Virus record (IMG/VR): IMGVR_UViG_3300020120_000082
Coordinates: 32,001 to 96,000 of that record
Direction: 5' to 3' (one strand)
Source: a virus
Taxonomy: Duplodnaviria > Caudoviricetes
Length of the DNA: 64,000 nt
Under the pieces are notes generated by a model. That model was not told where the DNA came from, did no database searches, and was given only the letters and a program-made list of their open reading frames with translations. Below are positions 1 to 10,795 of this stretch, in pieces (within the stretch, counting starts at the first letter, position 1; each line of letters begins with the position of its first letter). Both the position numbers and the translations under genes were made by a program.

Positions 1-905
1 GCATGGTAGGTGCGGCTGGCCTAGATACCACCCAGGTTCAGAAAGTCTTCTGGGATCCGGTTACCAATACCCTGCGTGCTATTCATGGCACCGAGACAGC
101 CATCCAAATTGCTACAGAAGAAGCTGCCAAGCTGTTGCAGCAGCAAATCACCGGGACATTTAATGTTCCCGCTGGTGGCGAAGCAGTGGTGGCATTCTTC
201 GCGCTACAGCAGGGATTCGTTCCGGGTGGAGCAGGTGGTCCAGGCGCGGGTGCGGGTGGTGGTGCCGTTGCCCTGAATGGTTCAGCCACTGCTTTGAACA
301 CGTCGGCCAATTACTTGAGCGCTTCAGCCCAGGCGCTGTTGCTGGCTGCTCAAAGACTGGGTGGTCCAAACGGCGACATTCTGCGTGAGATTGCCGCGCA
401 TGAATATGCCAATACGTCTTTCCGGACTCCTGGAACTTCCCCTTATTATCACAGTCCAAATGCGGGTTCGGCAACAGGTTATCTTGGAGAATTTCACACA
501 CCACAGACTTCTAACTACAGTGCGACTACTTCTCATCCAACATTGCCGCCGCCGAATACCAATCAGCATTTCGAAAGCCCTGGACATAGAACTGGGCCAG
601 GCATCAGCCAGGACGACCAGTTGTACCAGGTCTTTCACCAGCGCTTTAAAGAGATGATCGACAAGCTGATTGGAATTTACCCAACCAATGGAGAACTTGC
701 TTCCAAGACGGCTTCTATTGGTCCGACCGGCATGGGCGGCAGAACTACTGGCGCAACGAATACTAACCTGTCTGTTAACAACGCAATCCGAATCAACATC
801 GATGGTCGGCAGATTGCATACTACATGAACCGCAAAACCTATCGGCAATTCGAGTCAACTCGAAATGCTGTAAGCGGCGTTCCTAACTCAGTGGTGACTC
901 TATGA
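1..905 (+). CDS. Tail tape-measure-like protein, C-terminal part (5' truncated by window)
   Basis: Gly/Ala-rich ORF ending in a typical TMP C-terminal pattern (LSVNNAIRINIDGRQIA); directly upstream of tail hub genes. Confidence 0.55.
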   Translation, partial: MVGAAGLDTTQVQKVFWDPVTNTLRAIHGTETAIQIATEEAAKLLQQQITGTFNVPAGGEAVVAFFALQQGFVPGGAGGPGAGAGGGAVALNGSATALNTSANYLSASAQALLLAAQRLGGPNGDILREIAAHEYANTSFRTPGTSPYYHSPNAGSATGYLGEFHTPQTSNYSATTSHPTLPPPNTNQHFESPGHRTGPGISQDDQLYQVFHQRFKEMIDKLIGIYPTNGELASKTASIGPTGMGGRTTGATNTNLSVNNAIRINIDGRQIAYYMNRKTYRQFESTRNAVSGVPNSVVTL

Positions 906-1258
906 GCCATTCTCTGGCAGGCGTTACGATCTCGATGGATGACAGCCAGTTGGTGGAGGTTACCGAAGCTAACTATACGTTCCAGGATGTTCTGGATGCT
1001 ACTTCGGAGACCATCTCCTACTTCGGGGCCAAGTCTGATCGATTTTCGATCACGTTTTATATGGACGAAGACTTGAATGGAAATACAGGCCGAACAACCC
1101 TGAAGGCGGCTGTCAAAGCGAATGCCAGTGTCAATCTGACTGTCGATACTGGCTCGCTTGGAAACGTTCGCATTCTTAGTTTTCGGTCAACGCGTAGACA
1201 GGCGCTGAACCATACCAATGCTGTCTACATCTGCACAGCCGAGTTGGTTGAAGTATGA
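902..1258 (+). CDS. Putative distal tail/tail-tip protein
   Basis: 118 aa, beta-rich, ATGA overlap with the TMP-like gene; position-based call. Confidence 0.45.
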   Translation: MSHSLAGVTISMDDSQLVEVTEANYTFQDVLDATSETISYFGAKSDRFSITFYMDEDLNGNTGRTTLKAAVKANASVNLTVDTGSLGNVRILSFRSTRRQALNHTNAVYICTAELVEV

Positions 1259-2244
1259 CTGATCATTTGCGCATGGCTTGCACCGGAACCTCGGGCATCA
1301 AAAGCATTGAAGTTACGGAAAGCTATACCCAGGCAGTGGTGAATGCCGAAGTGACATGCACCACGCATAGCCTGGCGATTGGCGATTTGGTGACCGTTTC
1401 GATGGGAACAGATGTCGTTTACACAACCATGATCACCAATGGGATTGTCAAGAAGATTGTCACTCGCGCACCCGAGTTTGACTATGTTATTACAATCCAG
1501 GATCAGCTAAGTCTGGCGGTTGACTTTTTTATTGCGTCGGATGATCCCAACAATCCGTATAAGGCGCACAACATTGAAGCGTCGGCCCTGGCTGTTTACC
1601 TGCTGGGTTTGGCTGGGATAACTAGCGTAGTTTCGGAAACAACCATCTTTACCTATGGAACAGTTGGGGATGGGGTGCCAGTCAACCTGGTTTCTGTCTG
1701 GAGCATGGTTGATACGATTTCCAGGGTGTGCGGTTTTACAACTTACTGTGACGCTTCGGGGGTAATTCATTTTAGGGAACGCAAACCCTATGTCACAACG
1801 TCGGATACCGTCTCGACACATTCGTACACAACCGGAAATGGCGGGGACATTCTGACCATTGAGTACGATCGCAATACCGAAGGCCTGATCAACAGGGTGG
1901 TGGTTTATGGTGGGGTGGGGAACACAGTCCATTCGACCGCGGAAGCGGCATCGCCCTATCTCCCGGCTGGCTTTTTCAAGGCAACGGTGGTAGCACATCC
2001 GCTGATTGACAATCAGGCCGCAGCCGATGCAACTGCCAACTTGAACCTGGAAATGTTCAACCGCTTAACTGAAACTGTATCAATTCAGGTCAAGGGAAAT
2101 CCAACGGTCAGAGTCAGGGATATTGTGGACGTGACCGAGTCGTTCACTGGCTTGACATCATCGACGCTCTGGTTGGTGTTTGGAATAACGCATACCATTT
2201 CCCAGACCGAAGGGTTTTCGCAGAAGATTACGCTGATCAAATGA
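1255..2244 (+). CDS. Baseplate hub / tail protein (gpD/Tal-like)
   Basis: 329 aa; hub-like motifs YCDASGVIHFRER, LINRVVVYGG, VKGNPTVRVRDIV; ATGA-coupled. Confidence 0.65.
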   Translation: MTDHLRMACTGTSGIKSIEVTESYTQAVVNAEVTCTTHSLAIGDLVTVSMGTDVVYTTMITNGIVKKIVTRAPEFDYVITIQDQLSLAVDFFIASDDPNNPYKAHNIEASALAVYLLGLAGITSVVSETTIFTYGTVGDGVPVNLVSVWSMVDTISRVCGFTTYCDASGVIHFRERKPYVTTSDTVSTHSYTTGNGGDILTIEYDRNTEGLINRVVVYGGVGNTVHSTAEAASPYLPAGFFKATVVAHPLIDNQAAADATANLNLEMFNRLTETVSIQVKGNPTVRVRDIVDVTESFTGLTSSTLWLVFGITHTISQTEGFSQKITLIK

Positions 2245-4505
2245 CCACGCCGCTTTCAGCCCAGATCACCATTGCGTCGACCGATTACTCGGCGCACTTG
2301 ACGTCCCTGGTGCGTGAAGCCAGCCTGGAGAAAGCGGGCGCTACGGTCACCATGACGATGAAGTCATCATTTCCGTTTGCATCCATCAACCCCTGGGACA
2401 ACCTGGTTGTTTACGAGAACGGGGTAAAGACGCTTACTGGATATGTGACGCATATCATTCCCAGACGGGCTCCGGCTGAAGTCGAAGTTCAGGGAATGGA
2501 CACGTTCAAGCGTTGTCAGGATTGGTTTATCAGCGACAACTTGTACACAGGCGGGCCTGATGCTCAGCTAACGACCGACAAAACAACTCACAATGTTGGG
2601 TATTACGTCGGCTATCTGTGCAATCTGTGCGGCATATCCTACTCGATTAGCGATACCAGCGGCTCACTGATAAAACTGGCGGCTGATATTCCACTGGGTT
2701 TGCGCTCCGTGTCAGACGCGCTGGTTACGCTGTCGGCTGTCGGACAGTGGAATATTAGAGTGGATCCGAACGGCGTCTTGCGATTCGATCATATCAATGG
2801 GCCGACCGTGGCCGATTACACCCTTTCCTCGGTGACGCATTTTGAAGAAGAGTATAACGATACCGACACCCGCAATCAGGTGAAGATCTGGGGGCTTCAG
2901 GACTTCAGCCCATTGACCAGCGGCTCTGCTTTCTCGGGCGGCGGTCAAATTCTATGGTCTGAAAGCCGAGCCGTTACTGGGGTATCACACACCCGAACTA
3001 TGGTGGTGGCCGAACCGCATATCGATACGCTTCTAAAAGCGCAGCAATTGGCCAAAGCGGTATTGGATCAATGGGCGAGACTTGAGCATCTATTGTCCAC
3101 CGAGTCGGTTGGAAACCCCAACATTCGGGTTGGCCAGTCTGCCCAGCTTTTTCATAGAAGTCTGACTTCAGGGAGCTACTTTGATGTTGTGACGGATCTG
3201 CGCACAACCATCAATGCAGGTGGATATAAGCAGGACATCACTGAAGGGCGTAGGGCTTACCGATATCCGTACTGGCCAATGCCGACCACTCCGCCAGAAG
3301 AGTGGGGCAATGGAACGCTGCTGGGTGCTGCTTACGATTGCGCGGTTTATGGAGATTCGATCTATTCGGCTGGACTTGTGTTTCTGAACAATGACATCTA
3401 CCGGCGTCAATGCTGGCACATCGAAAGAAGACTGCTGACAGATGGAACTCTGGTATGGCAGAAGACGATCGACCATGTGACGCTGAATCCGCTTGTCAAT
3501 GGTGGCAACGTTTTCGCGCATATCAACGGCATTGAGATAGCCAACGGAATTATCTTCGCCACCGGAGTCATTTACTTCGACGAGCTAAACGCCAGGGCCA
3601 AATGGCAAGTTGAAGCATACGACACGGCTTCCGGGAACACGCTCTGGACGGACACAATTCTGTATGGCCCCAGTAATGGCTCTATGGAGACAACCGGATA
3701 CGATGTCGTGGCAACGGCAACCCAGGTCTTCGTTTTGGGAACCTATCCATACGAAATACCCAACCCAACCATGGGCGGAACGCTGATCATCGACATTGCC
3801 GCGCCAACGTTCAGGGTTTACGCGGCGGCTACAACAAAGACCGTATTGATAAGCCAAAATCAGCCGGTTAGAACTGCCGCGGCATTTGATGGAACAATAT
3901 TCACCACGCCTTATAGCAACTTCAGGCAGATTTGCCTGGATGCAGATGGCGGTCTCGTAACCAGCGGGGCATATAAATACTATTACCAGAAAACCATTGT
4001 CCCGGTTTACTGGCCACCAATCATTGCATATTACAACTACACCATCCGGCCATGGTTCGGACATTTTTCGAGTTCATTGGCCATCACCTGGGAAACGCTC
4101 TGGCCATACTCTTTGTCTGATCTGAATTTTGGTATCGACTACGCGGTTGGTGTAGACCAAAACGAAGTCAGGCAATACCGGCTTGGATCTGACAGTGCAA
4201 ATGGCACTGATCCTGGCGGACTTGGAAAATACAACCAGGTCAGCAATCTATGGCAGACAAACATTGGGTTCGGGGACCAGCACGGACACGTTGAGATTGG
4301 CAATTACGTCTATATCGCTCAAAACAGACTTGGTGCCAACAATCTCCGGTGGCATAACACCAGCGACGGATCGCTTATTGGAACTAGAGACGAGTCTGGA
4401 TTAACCACGCATGGGATCAAGCTGATTCAGGCCACCTCCCAGGTGGGATTGTGCGGTCAGAAGAACTGGATATTCTGGACTGTAATCTGGAACCAGCCAT
4501 CATAG
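2241..4505 (+). CDS. Second hub-like tail protein with C-terminal beta-propeller-like receptor-binding region
   Basis: N-terminal ~340 aa parallels the preceding hub (VDPNGVLRF, RNQVKIWG, VGNPNIRVGQ); C-terminus has PQQ-like W-containing repeats (DGTLVWQ, SGNTLWT). Confidence 0.55.
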   Translation: MTTPLSAQITIASTDYSAHLTSLVREASLEKAGATVTMTMKSSFPFASINPWDNLVVYENGVKTLTGYVTHIIPRRAPAEVEVQGMDTFKRCQDWFISDNLYTGGPDAQLTTDKTTHNVGYYVGYLCNLCGISYSISDTSGSLIKLAADIPLGLRSVSDALVTLSAVGQWNIRVDPNGVLRFDHINGPTVADYTLSSVTHFEEEYNDTDTRNQVKIWGLQDFSPLTSGSAFSGGGQILWSESRAVTGVSHTRTMVVAEPHIDTLLKAQQLAKAVLDQWARLEHLLSTESVGNPNIRVGQSAQLFHRSLTSGSYFDVVTDLRTTINAGGYKQDITEGRRAYRYPYWPMPTTPPEEWGNGTLLGAAYDCAVYGDSIYSAGLVFLNNDIYRRQCWHIERRLLTDGTLVWQKTIDHVTLNPLVNGGNVFAHINGIEIANGIIFATGVIYFDELNARAKWQVEAYDTASGNTLWTDTILYGPSNGSMETTGYDVVATATQVFVLGTYPYEIPNPTMGGTLIIDIAAPTFRVYAAATTKTVLISQNQPVRTAAAFDGTIFTTPYSNFRQICLDADGGLVTSGAYKYYYQKTIVPVYWPPIIAYYNYTIRPWFGHFSSSLAITWETLWPYSLSDLNFGIDYAVGVDQNEVRQYRLGSDSANGTDPGGLGKYNQVSNLWQTNIGFGDQHGHVEIGNYVYIAQNRLGANNLRWHNTSDGSLIGTRDESGLTTHGIKLIQATSQVGLCGQKNWIFWTVIWNQPS

Positions 4506-4519
4506 TATAGGAAAAACCT

Positions 4520-7500
4520 GTGAATAGAGTCCCAGAATTTCCACCGATGATGATTGAATATCTCAAGCTCGCCAAGCAGTCTGGCAGCTTGTCACCATTC
4601 TGGCTGGGTGGGACAGGCGGTGCTGGAGGCGGTGGCGGTGCGCCGCCTGGTGGTTTCATTGGCCAGTTGCCGCAAAGCCTGGTTACTTACGATACCACTG
4701 AAGCAGCCACCACGTCTGGCTCAAGCTCGCTAGTCGACAACCTGAATCATATACGCTACCAGCTTGCCAATGCTCAATACAACGCTGGCGTGATTGGCGT
4801 TGAATTTGCTCAGTCGGAGTATACAGCCGGGAATATCAGCCTGGGAACAACCGTTGATGGCGGCTGGGTAGATGTTGATAGCACCAATGCTGCCATCTCG
4901 ATCACCCCAAATAGCGGCGGAACGTTCCAAGCTACGTTTGGCTTCGTCTGGCTCAAGGGTTTTACTGTAGATGGCAACAGCATGACCATGTCCTTCCGCT
5001 TGACGGATGGGACTACCAATCTTGATCCGCAGACATTCATCAGCGGTGCGCAAGTCATTTCGCATCCAATTAACCTGAGTGGTTTGTTTTCCTGGACTAA
5101 CACCACAACCAGGACAATCAAATTACAGAAGTACTTAAGCGCAACCAGTACCGCGCCAACGTATAACCAGGTTACTGCTTCCAGTGGCGCATCTCTGCAC
5201 ATGGATATTTTCCGCCTGGGCTCTATTGCCACAGGCTTTGTATCCGGATCCGGCGCAGCGGGGCGGGTAGCTTACTGGACCAGTGGATCGGTTTTGGGGA
5301 ATGATAGCAATTTCACCTGGGATACAACCAACAGCCGACTGAGCATTGGCAAGCTGGCTCTGACAGCCGGATCGATGTCTATGGCTGGCAGCGTCTTTGC
5401 TTTAGATGCCAGCATGAAGATCGATCCAACCGGAGCGATTAACGGACAGGTTCTGGGTTACAACGGATCCAAGTGGGTGCCGGTTGTTTCGTCTGGATCT
5501 CAGGCCGGAACGACGGGATCTGGTTCGACTGGTCAGCTTGCGCTTTGGTCATCTACCAGTGCGCTGTTTGGTCTTTCAAGCCTGGATTACGTAACTGGAA
5601 CAACCACTAAAGTCAGGGTAGGGCATTCGGGAGACTCGTTCGCCCTGGGAATCAACGCCACCCCAGACGATTACGTCACGCTCCAGGTCACTCAGCCTAA
5701 TTGGGCGGGTGGATCGAGTCCAGCCGCCCTGGTCGTTTCTCCTGGAAGCCTGACTGCTCAGACAGGCTCTCCGGCTACATTCTTGTCTCAGTCCAGCATC
5801 ATTATCTGGAACAACGCCAACCTGCCGTCATCCTGGGCGGCGAACATCTTTAGCCCACCAGATGTCAGAGCGGTGTCATCCGGTGGTGTTATTCCGCTGG
5901 CTTCAACCCTGCGTATATCTGGAGCCCCAACATCCGGGTCAAATGTAACCATTACGTCGGCCTATGCCCTGGAAGTGACGTCTGGATCTGTCTTCTTTGG
6001 TGGCCCACTGTCTCTGGCGGGCAAGTTCTTCACGCTCGATGCCAACATGCGCATCGATCCATCTGGTGCTACCAACGGGCAAGTTCTGACGTACAGCGCT
6101 GGAACGGGCAAGTGGATTGCGGCAGCTTCGTCAGCTTCTGGCGGTGGTGGTGCATCCAGCATTTCTGGCGCTGGTGCTTCCAGTCGCATTGCTTACTTCA
6201 CTTCCGGATCGGTCATTGCCGGAGATACTAACTTCTCCTGGGACACCACTAATCAGAAGATGATCATTGGCGGAACTCCGGCGAGTGTTCCTACTGGATC
6301 AACTTCATCTCTGGTTCTGATCAAAGAGTCTGCTGCGGTCAGCCTATCTCTATTTGAATATGGATCATTTCAGGCCAGTGTTCTGACATCCAGAGCTAAT
6401 GGAACAGCCGCTTTGCCGTCCAATCTTTTGTCTGGAGATACAGTTGGCGGTCTATTTGTATCGGGATATGGATCAACAGGATTCGCGTCGTCACCGCGGG
6501 TAAGGATCCAGGGCATAGCTGCGGAGAACTGGTCAGACACCGCCCAGGGCATGTATCTGGGGGTTACTGTCACGCAGCCCGGAACCACGACGGCAGTTGA
6601 CGCGTTCGATGTCAAATACGATCGCGTCTCCATTGTTGGCAAAGACCTGATCCTGGATGCCAGTATCGAACTGGATCCAACGGCGGCTGTCTCCAATCAA
6701 GTTTTGACTTACAACGGATCGAAGTGGATCCCGCAGACATTCTCCGGGATTTCTGGCATATCCGGATCCGGTGCAACAGGTGACATCGCTTTCTGGACTT
6801 CTGGATCGGTTATCTCTGGAAACAGCACGCTGTTTTGGGACACCGCCACCACACCCAACAGGATGATTATCGGATCTAACTCTGGCGTAGTGACAGGACC
6901 GCAGCTAATCCTGGTCAGCGATTCGGTAAGTGCTGGGCTTAGTATTGAAGGGTATTCAATATCGCCAACCATCGCCAGCTTCCGGGCCAATGGGAACAAG
7001 ACGTCTCCAACCAGCGTAACCAACGGCCAGACGATGCTAAGCATCAGCGCCAGGGGTTATCGATCCGGAGCATTCAACGGCGTTTCAACGGGTCGTATAA
7101 ACTTCGTAGCTGGCGAAGATTGGACATCCGGGAGCCTGGCAACCTATCTGTCATTCCTGACAACCGGCTCCGGGACCGCCACAACTTCCGAGTCTCTGCG
7201 CCTGACTTCGCAGCGGGCATTTTTCGGCAACCCGCTGAATGTTCCATCAGTCCTGAATACTGCCAACAGCCAGGGCCTGGTGGTGCATTCGAACACGGAT
7301 GGAATTAATTCCGAAATTGATATTGTTGCCCACGGAACGTCTGTTGCCCCAATTATTTCTGGGGCCAGAAGCCGTGGCACAACGACTGTGCCGACAGCCC
7401 TTCAATATCGCGATACGCTGTTGCAATTAGACAGCTATGGATATGACGGGTCCGCTTGGTCAAATGCACAATCATCATTACGTGTAACAGCCGAATCTGG

Positions 7501-10500
7501 TTGGAATTCCGGTGCGCACGGCACGGCTTTCGAATTCTGGTCGACGCCATTCAACTCAACAACCATGGTGTACATCGCCGGAATCGATGACACCGGAGCC
7601 TCGTTCTCATCGACTCGCGCTGGTCTGGGCGTTGACATGACGGTTGGCAATGACTCGAATGCCAGCGGCTCTGATGGTCTGGTTCAGATTTACACCACCG
7701 GCTCTGGTAATAGCAGCCCCTATCTTCAGTGGGAAACTACTGATCCCGCTCGACAAGCTACCTACACATTTGGCATTGATCACGGCGACGGCGATAAGCT
7801 CAAGCTGACTAATGCATTCTCTGTTTACAGTGGCGTTATCCTGTCCATCACTACTGGCAGCGCCGTGTCCTGGGCTCAAAATCAGCAGACCTGGGGCAAT
7901 AACCTGATCAGGTTTGACGCTGCCATGGAGCTTGATCCATCCGGCGCTACCAATAATCAGGTTCTTTCGTACAACGGCTCCAAATGGGTTCCCACAACCG
8001 TCTCTGGGGTGGGCGGATCGCTATCTGGATCCGGCACAGCCAACCAAATCGCTTACTTTTCTTCTGGCAGCGTCCTGTCCAGCAGTTCAGCTTTGGTGTT
8101 TGACGCGAACAAGCATGTAACCGTCAATCCGCCCGGAGTCTCGGGTGGCACCCCCACGCTGTTTACGGTCAGCCAATCATTTGGCGACTCTGGTCTGACT
8201 GGCGAGACCATCAATATCAATTTCAACCTGGCCCATAACTATCCATTCACATCGGGCTCAGCGCCAGTGACGCAGCGTGCATTCCTGATTCAAGGGCCGA
8301 CGTACTCTATGACGTCCGGCTCTGGAACAATCACCACTGCCGCCACAGTAGCGATCAATGGCGCTCCAATCGCAGGCACTTCACCCAATGCGATAACCAT
8401 TACCAACAGCTACGCGTTATGGGTTCAGTCCGGAAATGTGCTGCTGGCGGATGGGCTAGGACTGGGCTCGACCACATCCGGCTCAACCGGCCAGTTGCGC
8501 CAGAGCGCTGACAACCAGATCTGGAATGGTAAAGTTATCCGGTTCGACGCTGCTATGGAGATCGACGCCACCGGAGCGACGAATGGATTGTTCCTGGGGT
8601 ACAACGGAACAAAGTGGGTGCCTACATCTGGCTCCAGCAACGCCGTGACTAACTCGGGTGGCGGTGCGCAGTACCGGGTCATGATCTGGAACAGTGCTGG
8701 GACCGCTACTGGTGATCCTGGCTTTACCATGGACTCGATCACCACCACCATTAACCCGAACGCAGTGGTGCTCAATAACCCGCTCAAGACGTTGCTGGTC
8801 AAACCGCCACAGCACACGCTCTCGCACAACGAGAACGAGAACATCGGCATCCACTTTGACTTCAGCCAGAACCAGAGTGGCCCTGCGCCGACGTCCGGCA
8901 GCATTGCCTCTGAACGCGCCTTCCTGGTAACAGCATCCAATATTGGTTTCAATACTTCTGGATCCATTCTGGATGCTGCAACCATGGCCATTACCGGAGC
9001 GCCGATAACCTCCGGCTCGCTGACAACTGTCTCGCGCAGCCATGCCTTGTGGGTGCAGAGCGGCGAAGTTCTGTTTGCAGATGGCCTGGATCTGGGAACA
9101 GCCTCTGGGGCTACAACTGGACAGCTACGACAATCAGCGGCCAGTCAAATCTGGAATGGCAAGACCATCCAGTTTGATGCAGCTATGGAGCTTGATCCAT
9201 CCGGGGCGACAACCAACCAGGTGCTTGGGTATAACGGATCCAAGTGGATAGCTCAGACTGTTACGTCTGGTTCGTCTTCTGCTCCATTAGGCTGGTACAA
9301 CGTCAAGGACTACGGCGCAACCGGCAATGGATCGACTGATGACACAGCCGCGGTCAGTTCAGCTATTACTGCGCTAACTTCTGGCAGCGGCGGTGTGCTG
9401 TATTTCCCGCGTGGCAGCTACAAGACATCGGGCGGGTTTTCCATAACCGTGCCTACCATGGTAATGGGGGATGGAAACGCCGACTCGCATAGCGACGTTC
9501 TCTTGCCTAATGCGACAACGCGTCTGCTATGCACTTCAGCTTCAGCTAATCTTCTAACCCTGAATTCGGCTGGTTGCTCAATTCGTGATATCGCGCTGAT
9601 CAATACCACCAGTGGTAGCACTACAGCCGGGGCTGGCCTGGTCGTCGCCAATCGTGACGACAATATGCACATTAGCAGAGTCTCGGTCAGCCGGTTCTAC
9701 AACTGTATAGATGTTCAGACGGCTTTTATGTGGCGTATGGATGGGTGTCTGATCATCAACCCGTTCCATTACGGCCTTAAGATCGCGGACAGCTACAACC
9801 CCGACTGGGGCGACTTCTCGATCTCCAATACAGAGTTTACCAGCGGTTCGTTTGACGGTGCTACCGCTATCCGGCACGAGTCGGGTGGTGGCATGTACAT
9901 GGCCAACTGCAAGATCGACGGTTGGAAAGCCACAACTTCCGGTTCAGTACACCGCTTTGCGCATGCTTACGATCTTTCGCCTGCCGGGACAACCAGTTCT
10001 AGCATCATCGAGATGGCGAATTGCAGCCTGGAGAATGTTTCCGGTGATGTGATCTCGGTCAATACCAGCGGCAGCACGAACTGGAAGTTCCTGATCTTCA
10101 ACGGCTTGCAATTTGGTCTGTATGCGATCACCGGTCACGCCATAAAGCTTTCGTCGGATACGCTGGGCAATCTCTCTAACGTCCTGATCTCGAACAACAT
10201 CTTCTACACCGACTATGGATCAGCGGCCAGCGCCGTCGACCTGACCAATGTCCAGACAGTGCAATTGCTGAACAATCTCAGCACCGGGTTTACGCCTTTC
10301 ATGATGCAGAGCGGCTGTTCAGGCGTCGTGGACGTGGATACCCTGTTCCACGCTGACTATCAGCAAACAACTTACAGCACCGGTAATATTTTGCTGGGCA
10401 CAAGCACTGACGGCTCTTTTGTTGACGCTGACTCGACGAATGCCAAGCTGTCATTCACACCATCCAACGCCGGTAGATATAAAGTCACATTCACGTTTAC

Positions 10501-10774
10501 TCACTACCGCAAAGCTGCGGCTCTGTCGACTTTGTTCGAGCTAGATGATGGAACCACGCAGTCCACCGTACAGCAAAGCTATACCGCTTTGGCTACGGCA
10601 GACAACACCGTCATTATCACGCTCAGCTATATCTTCAACTGGACAGCTACTGCCCAGACGGTCAAGCTCAAGAAGAAAGTCACTACAGCTACCACGGTTA
10701 CTGCCAACGAGATTGAAACGTTCTCCGGCACCAGCCAGGGTTTGCAGATGGAAGTATTCCGGATCGGTATATAG
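4520..10774 (+). CDS. Large modular tail fibre/tailspike with pectate-lyase-like beta-helix (depolymerase) domain
   Basis: 2084 aa, Ser/Gly/Thr-rich; six DAxMxxDPxGAxNxQVLxYNGxKW repeats; Pectate_lyase_3-type start WYNVKDYGATGNGSTDDTAAV...GGVLYFPRGSY at ~9290. Confidence 0.85.
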   Translation: MNRVPEFPPMMIEYLKLAKQSGSLSPFWLGGTGGAGGGGGAPPGGFIGQLPQSLVTYDTTEAATTSGSSSLVDNLNHIRYQLANAQYNAGVIGVEFAQSEYTAGNISLGTTVDGGWVDVDSTNAAISITPNSGGTFQATFGFVWLKGFTVDGNSMTMSFRLTDGTTNLDPQTFISGAQVISHPINLSGLFSWTNTTTRTIKLQKYLSATSTAPTYNQVTASSGASLHMDIFRLGSIATGFVSGSGAAGRVAYWTSGSVLGNDSNFTWDTTNSRLSIGKLALTAGSMSMAGSVFALDASMKIDPTGAINGQVLGYNGSKWVPVVSSGSQAGTTGSGSTGQLALWSSTSALFGLSSLDYVTGTTTKVRVGHSGDSFALGINATPDDYVTLQVTQPNWAGGSSPAALVVSPGSLTAQTGSPATFLSQSSIIIWNNANLPSSWAANIFSPPDVRAVSSGGVIPLASTLRISGAPTSGSNVTITSAYALEVTSGSVFFGGPLSLAGKFFTLDANMRIDPSGATNGQVLTYSAGTGKWIAAASSASGGGGASSISGAGASSRIAYFTSGSVIAGDTNFSWDTTNQKMIIGGTPASVPTGSTSSLVLIKESAAVSLSLFEYGSFQASVLTSRANGTAALPSNLLSGDTVGGLFVSGYGSTGFASSPRVRIQGIAAENWSDTAQGMYLGVTVTQPGTTTAVDAFDVKYDRVSIVGKDLILDASIELDPTAAVSNQVLTYNGSKWIPQTFSGISGISGSGATGDIAFWTSGSVISGNSTLFWDTATTPNRMIIGSNSGVVTGPQLILVSDSVSAGLSIEGYSISPTIASFRANGNKTSPTSVTNGQTMLSISARGYRSGAFNGVSTGRINFVAGEDWTSGSLATYLSFLTTGSGTATTSESLRLTSQRAFFGNPLNVPSVLNTANSQGLVVHSNTDGINSEIDIVAHGTSVAPIISGARSRGTTTVPTALQYRDTLLQLDSYGYDGSAWSNAQSSLRVTAESGWNSGAHGTAFEFWSTPFNSTTMVYIAGIDDTGASFSSTRAGLGVDMTVGNDSNASGSDGLVQIYTTGSGNSSPYLQWETTDPARQATYTFGIDHGDGDKLKLTNAFSVYSGVILSITTGSAVSWAQNQQTWGNNLIRFDAAMELDPSGATNNQVLSYNGSKWVPTTVSGVGGSLSGSGTANQIAYFSSGSVLSSSSALVFDANKHVTVNPPGVSGGTPTLFTVSQSFGDSGLTGETININFNLAHNYPFTSGSAPVTQRAFLIQGPTYSMTSGSGTITTAATVAINGAPIAGTSPNAITITNSYALWVQSGNVLLADGLGLGSTTSGSTGQLRQSADNQIWNGKVIRFDAAMEIDATGATNGLFLGYNGTKWVPTSGSSNAVTNSGGGAQYRVMIWNSAGTATGDPGFTMDSITTTINPNAVVLNNPLKTLLVKPPQHTLSHNENENIGIHFDFSQNQSGPAPTSGSIASERAFLVTASNIGFNTSGSILDAATMAITGAPITSGSLTTVSRSHALWVQSGEVLFADGLDLGTASGATTGQLRQSAASQIWNGKTIQFDAAMELDPSGATTNQVLGYNGSKWIAQTVTSGSSSAPLGWYNVKDYGATGNGSTDDTAAVSSAITALTSGSGGVLYFPRGSYKTSGGFSITVPTMVMGDGNADSHSDVLLPNATTRLLCTSASANLLTLNSAGCSIRDIALINTTSGSTTAGAGLVVANRDDNMHISRVSVSRFYNCIDVQTAFMWRMDGCLIINPFHYGLKIADSYNPDWGDFSISNTEFTSGSFDGATAIRHESGGGMYMANCKIDGWKATTSGSVHRFAHAYDLSPAGTTSSSIIEMANCSLENVSGDVISVNTSGSTNWKFLIFNGLQFGLYAITGHAIKLSSDTLGNLSNVLISNNIFYTDYGSAASAVDLTNVQTVQLLNNLSTGFTPFMMQSGCSGVVDVDTLFHADYQQTTYSTGNILLGTSTDGSFVDADSTNAKLSFTPSNAGRYKVTFTFTHYRKAAALSTLFELDDGTTQSTVQQSYTALATADNTVIITLSYIFNWTATAQTVKLKKKVTTATTVTANEIETFSGTSQGLQMEVFRIGI

Positions 10775-10795
10775 CAAAGGGGACCTAACGAGAAC

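Noticed and set aside
8512-8527. Seventh copy of the 16-bp palindrome (CAACCAGATCTGGAAT)
   Set aside because: Only a 13/16 match, explained by the repeated QIWNG peptide of the tail fibre.
4520-10774. Diversity-generating retroelement or invertible tail-fibre cassette
   Set aside because: No reverse transcriptase, no adenine-specific TR/VR pair and no inverted cassette seen; the repeats are diverged at the protein level.
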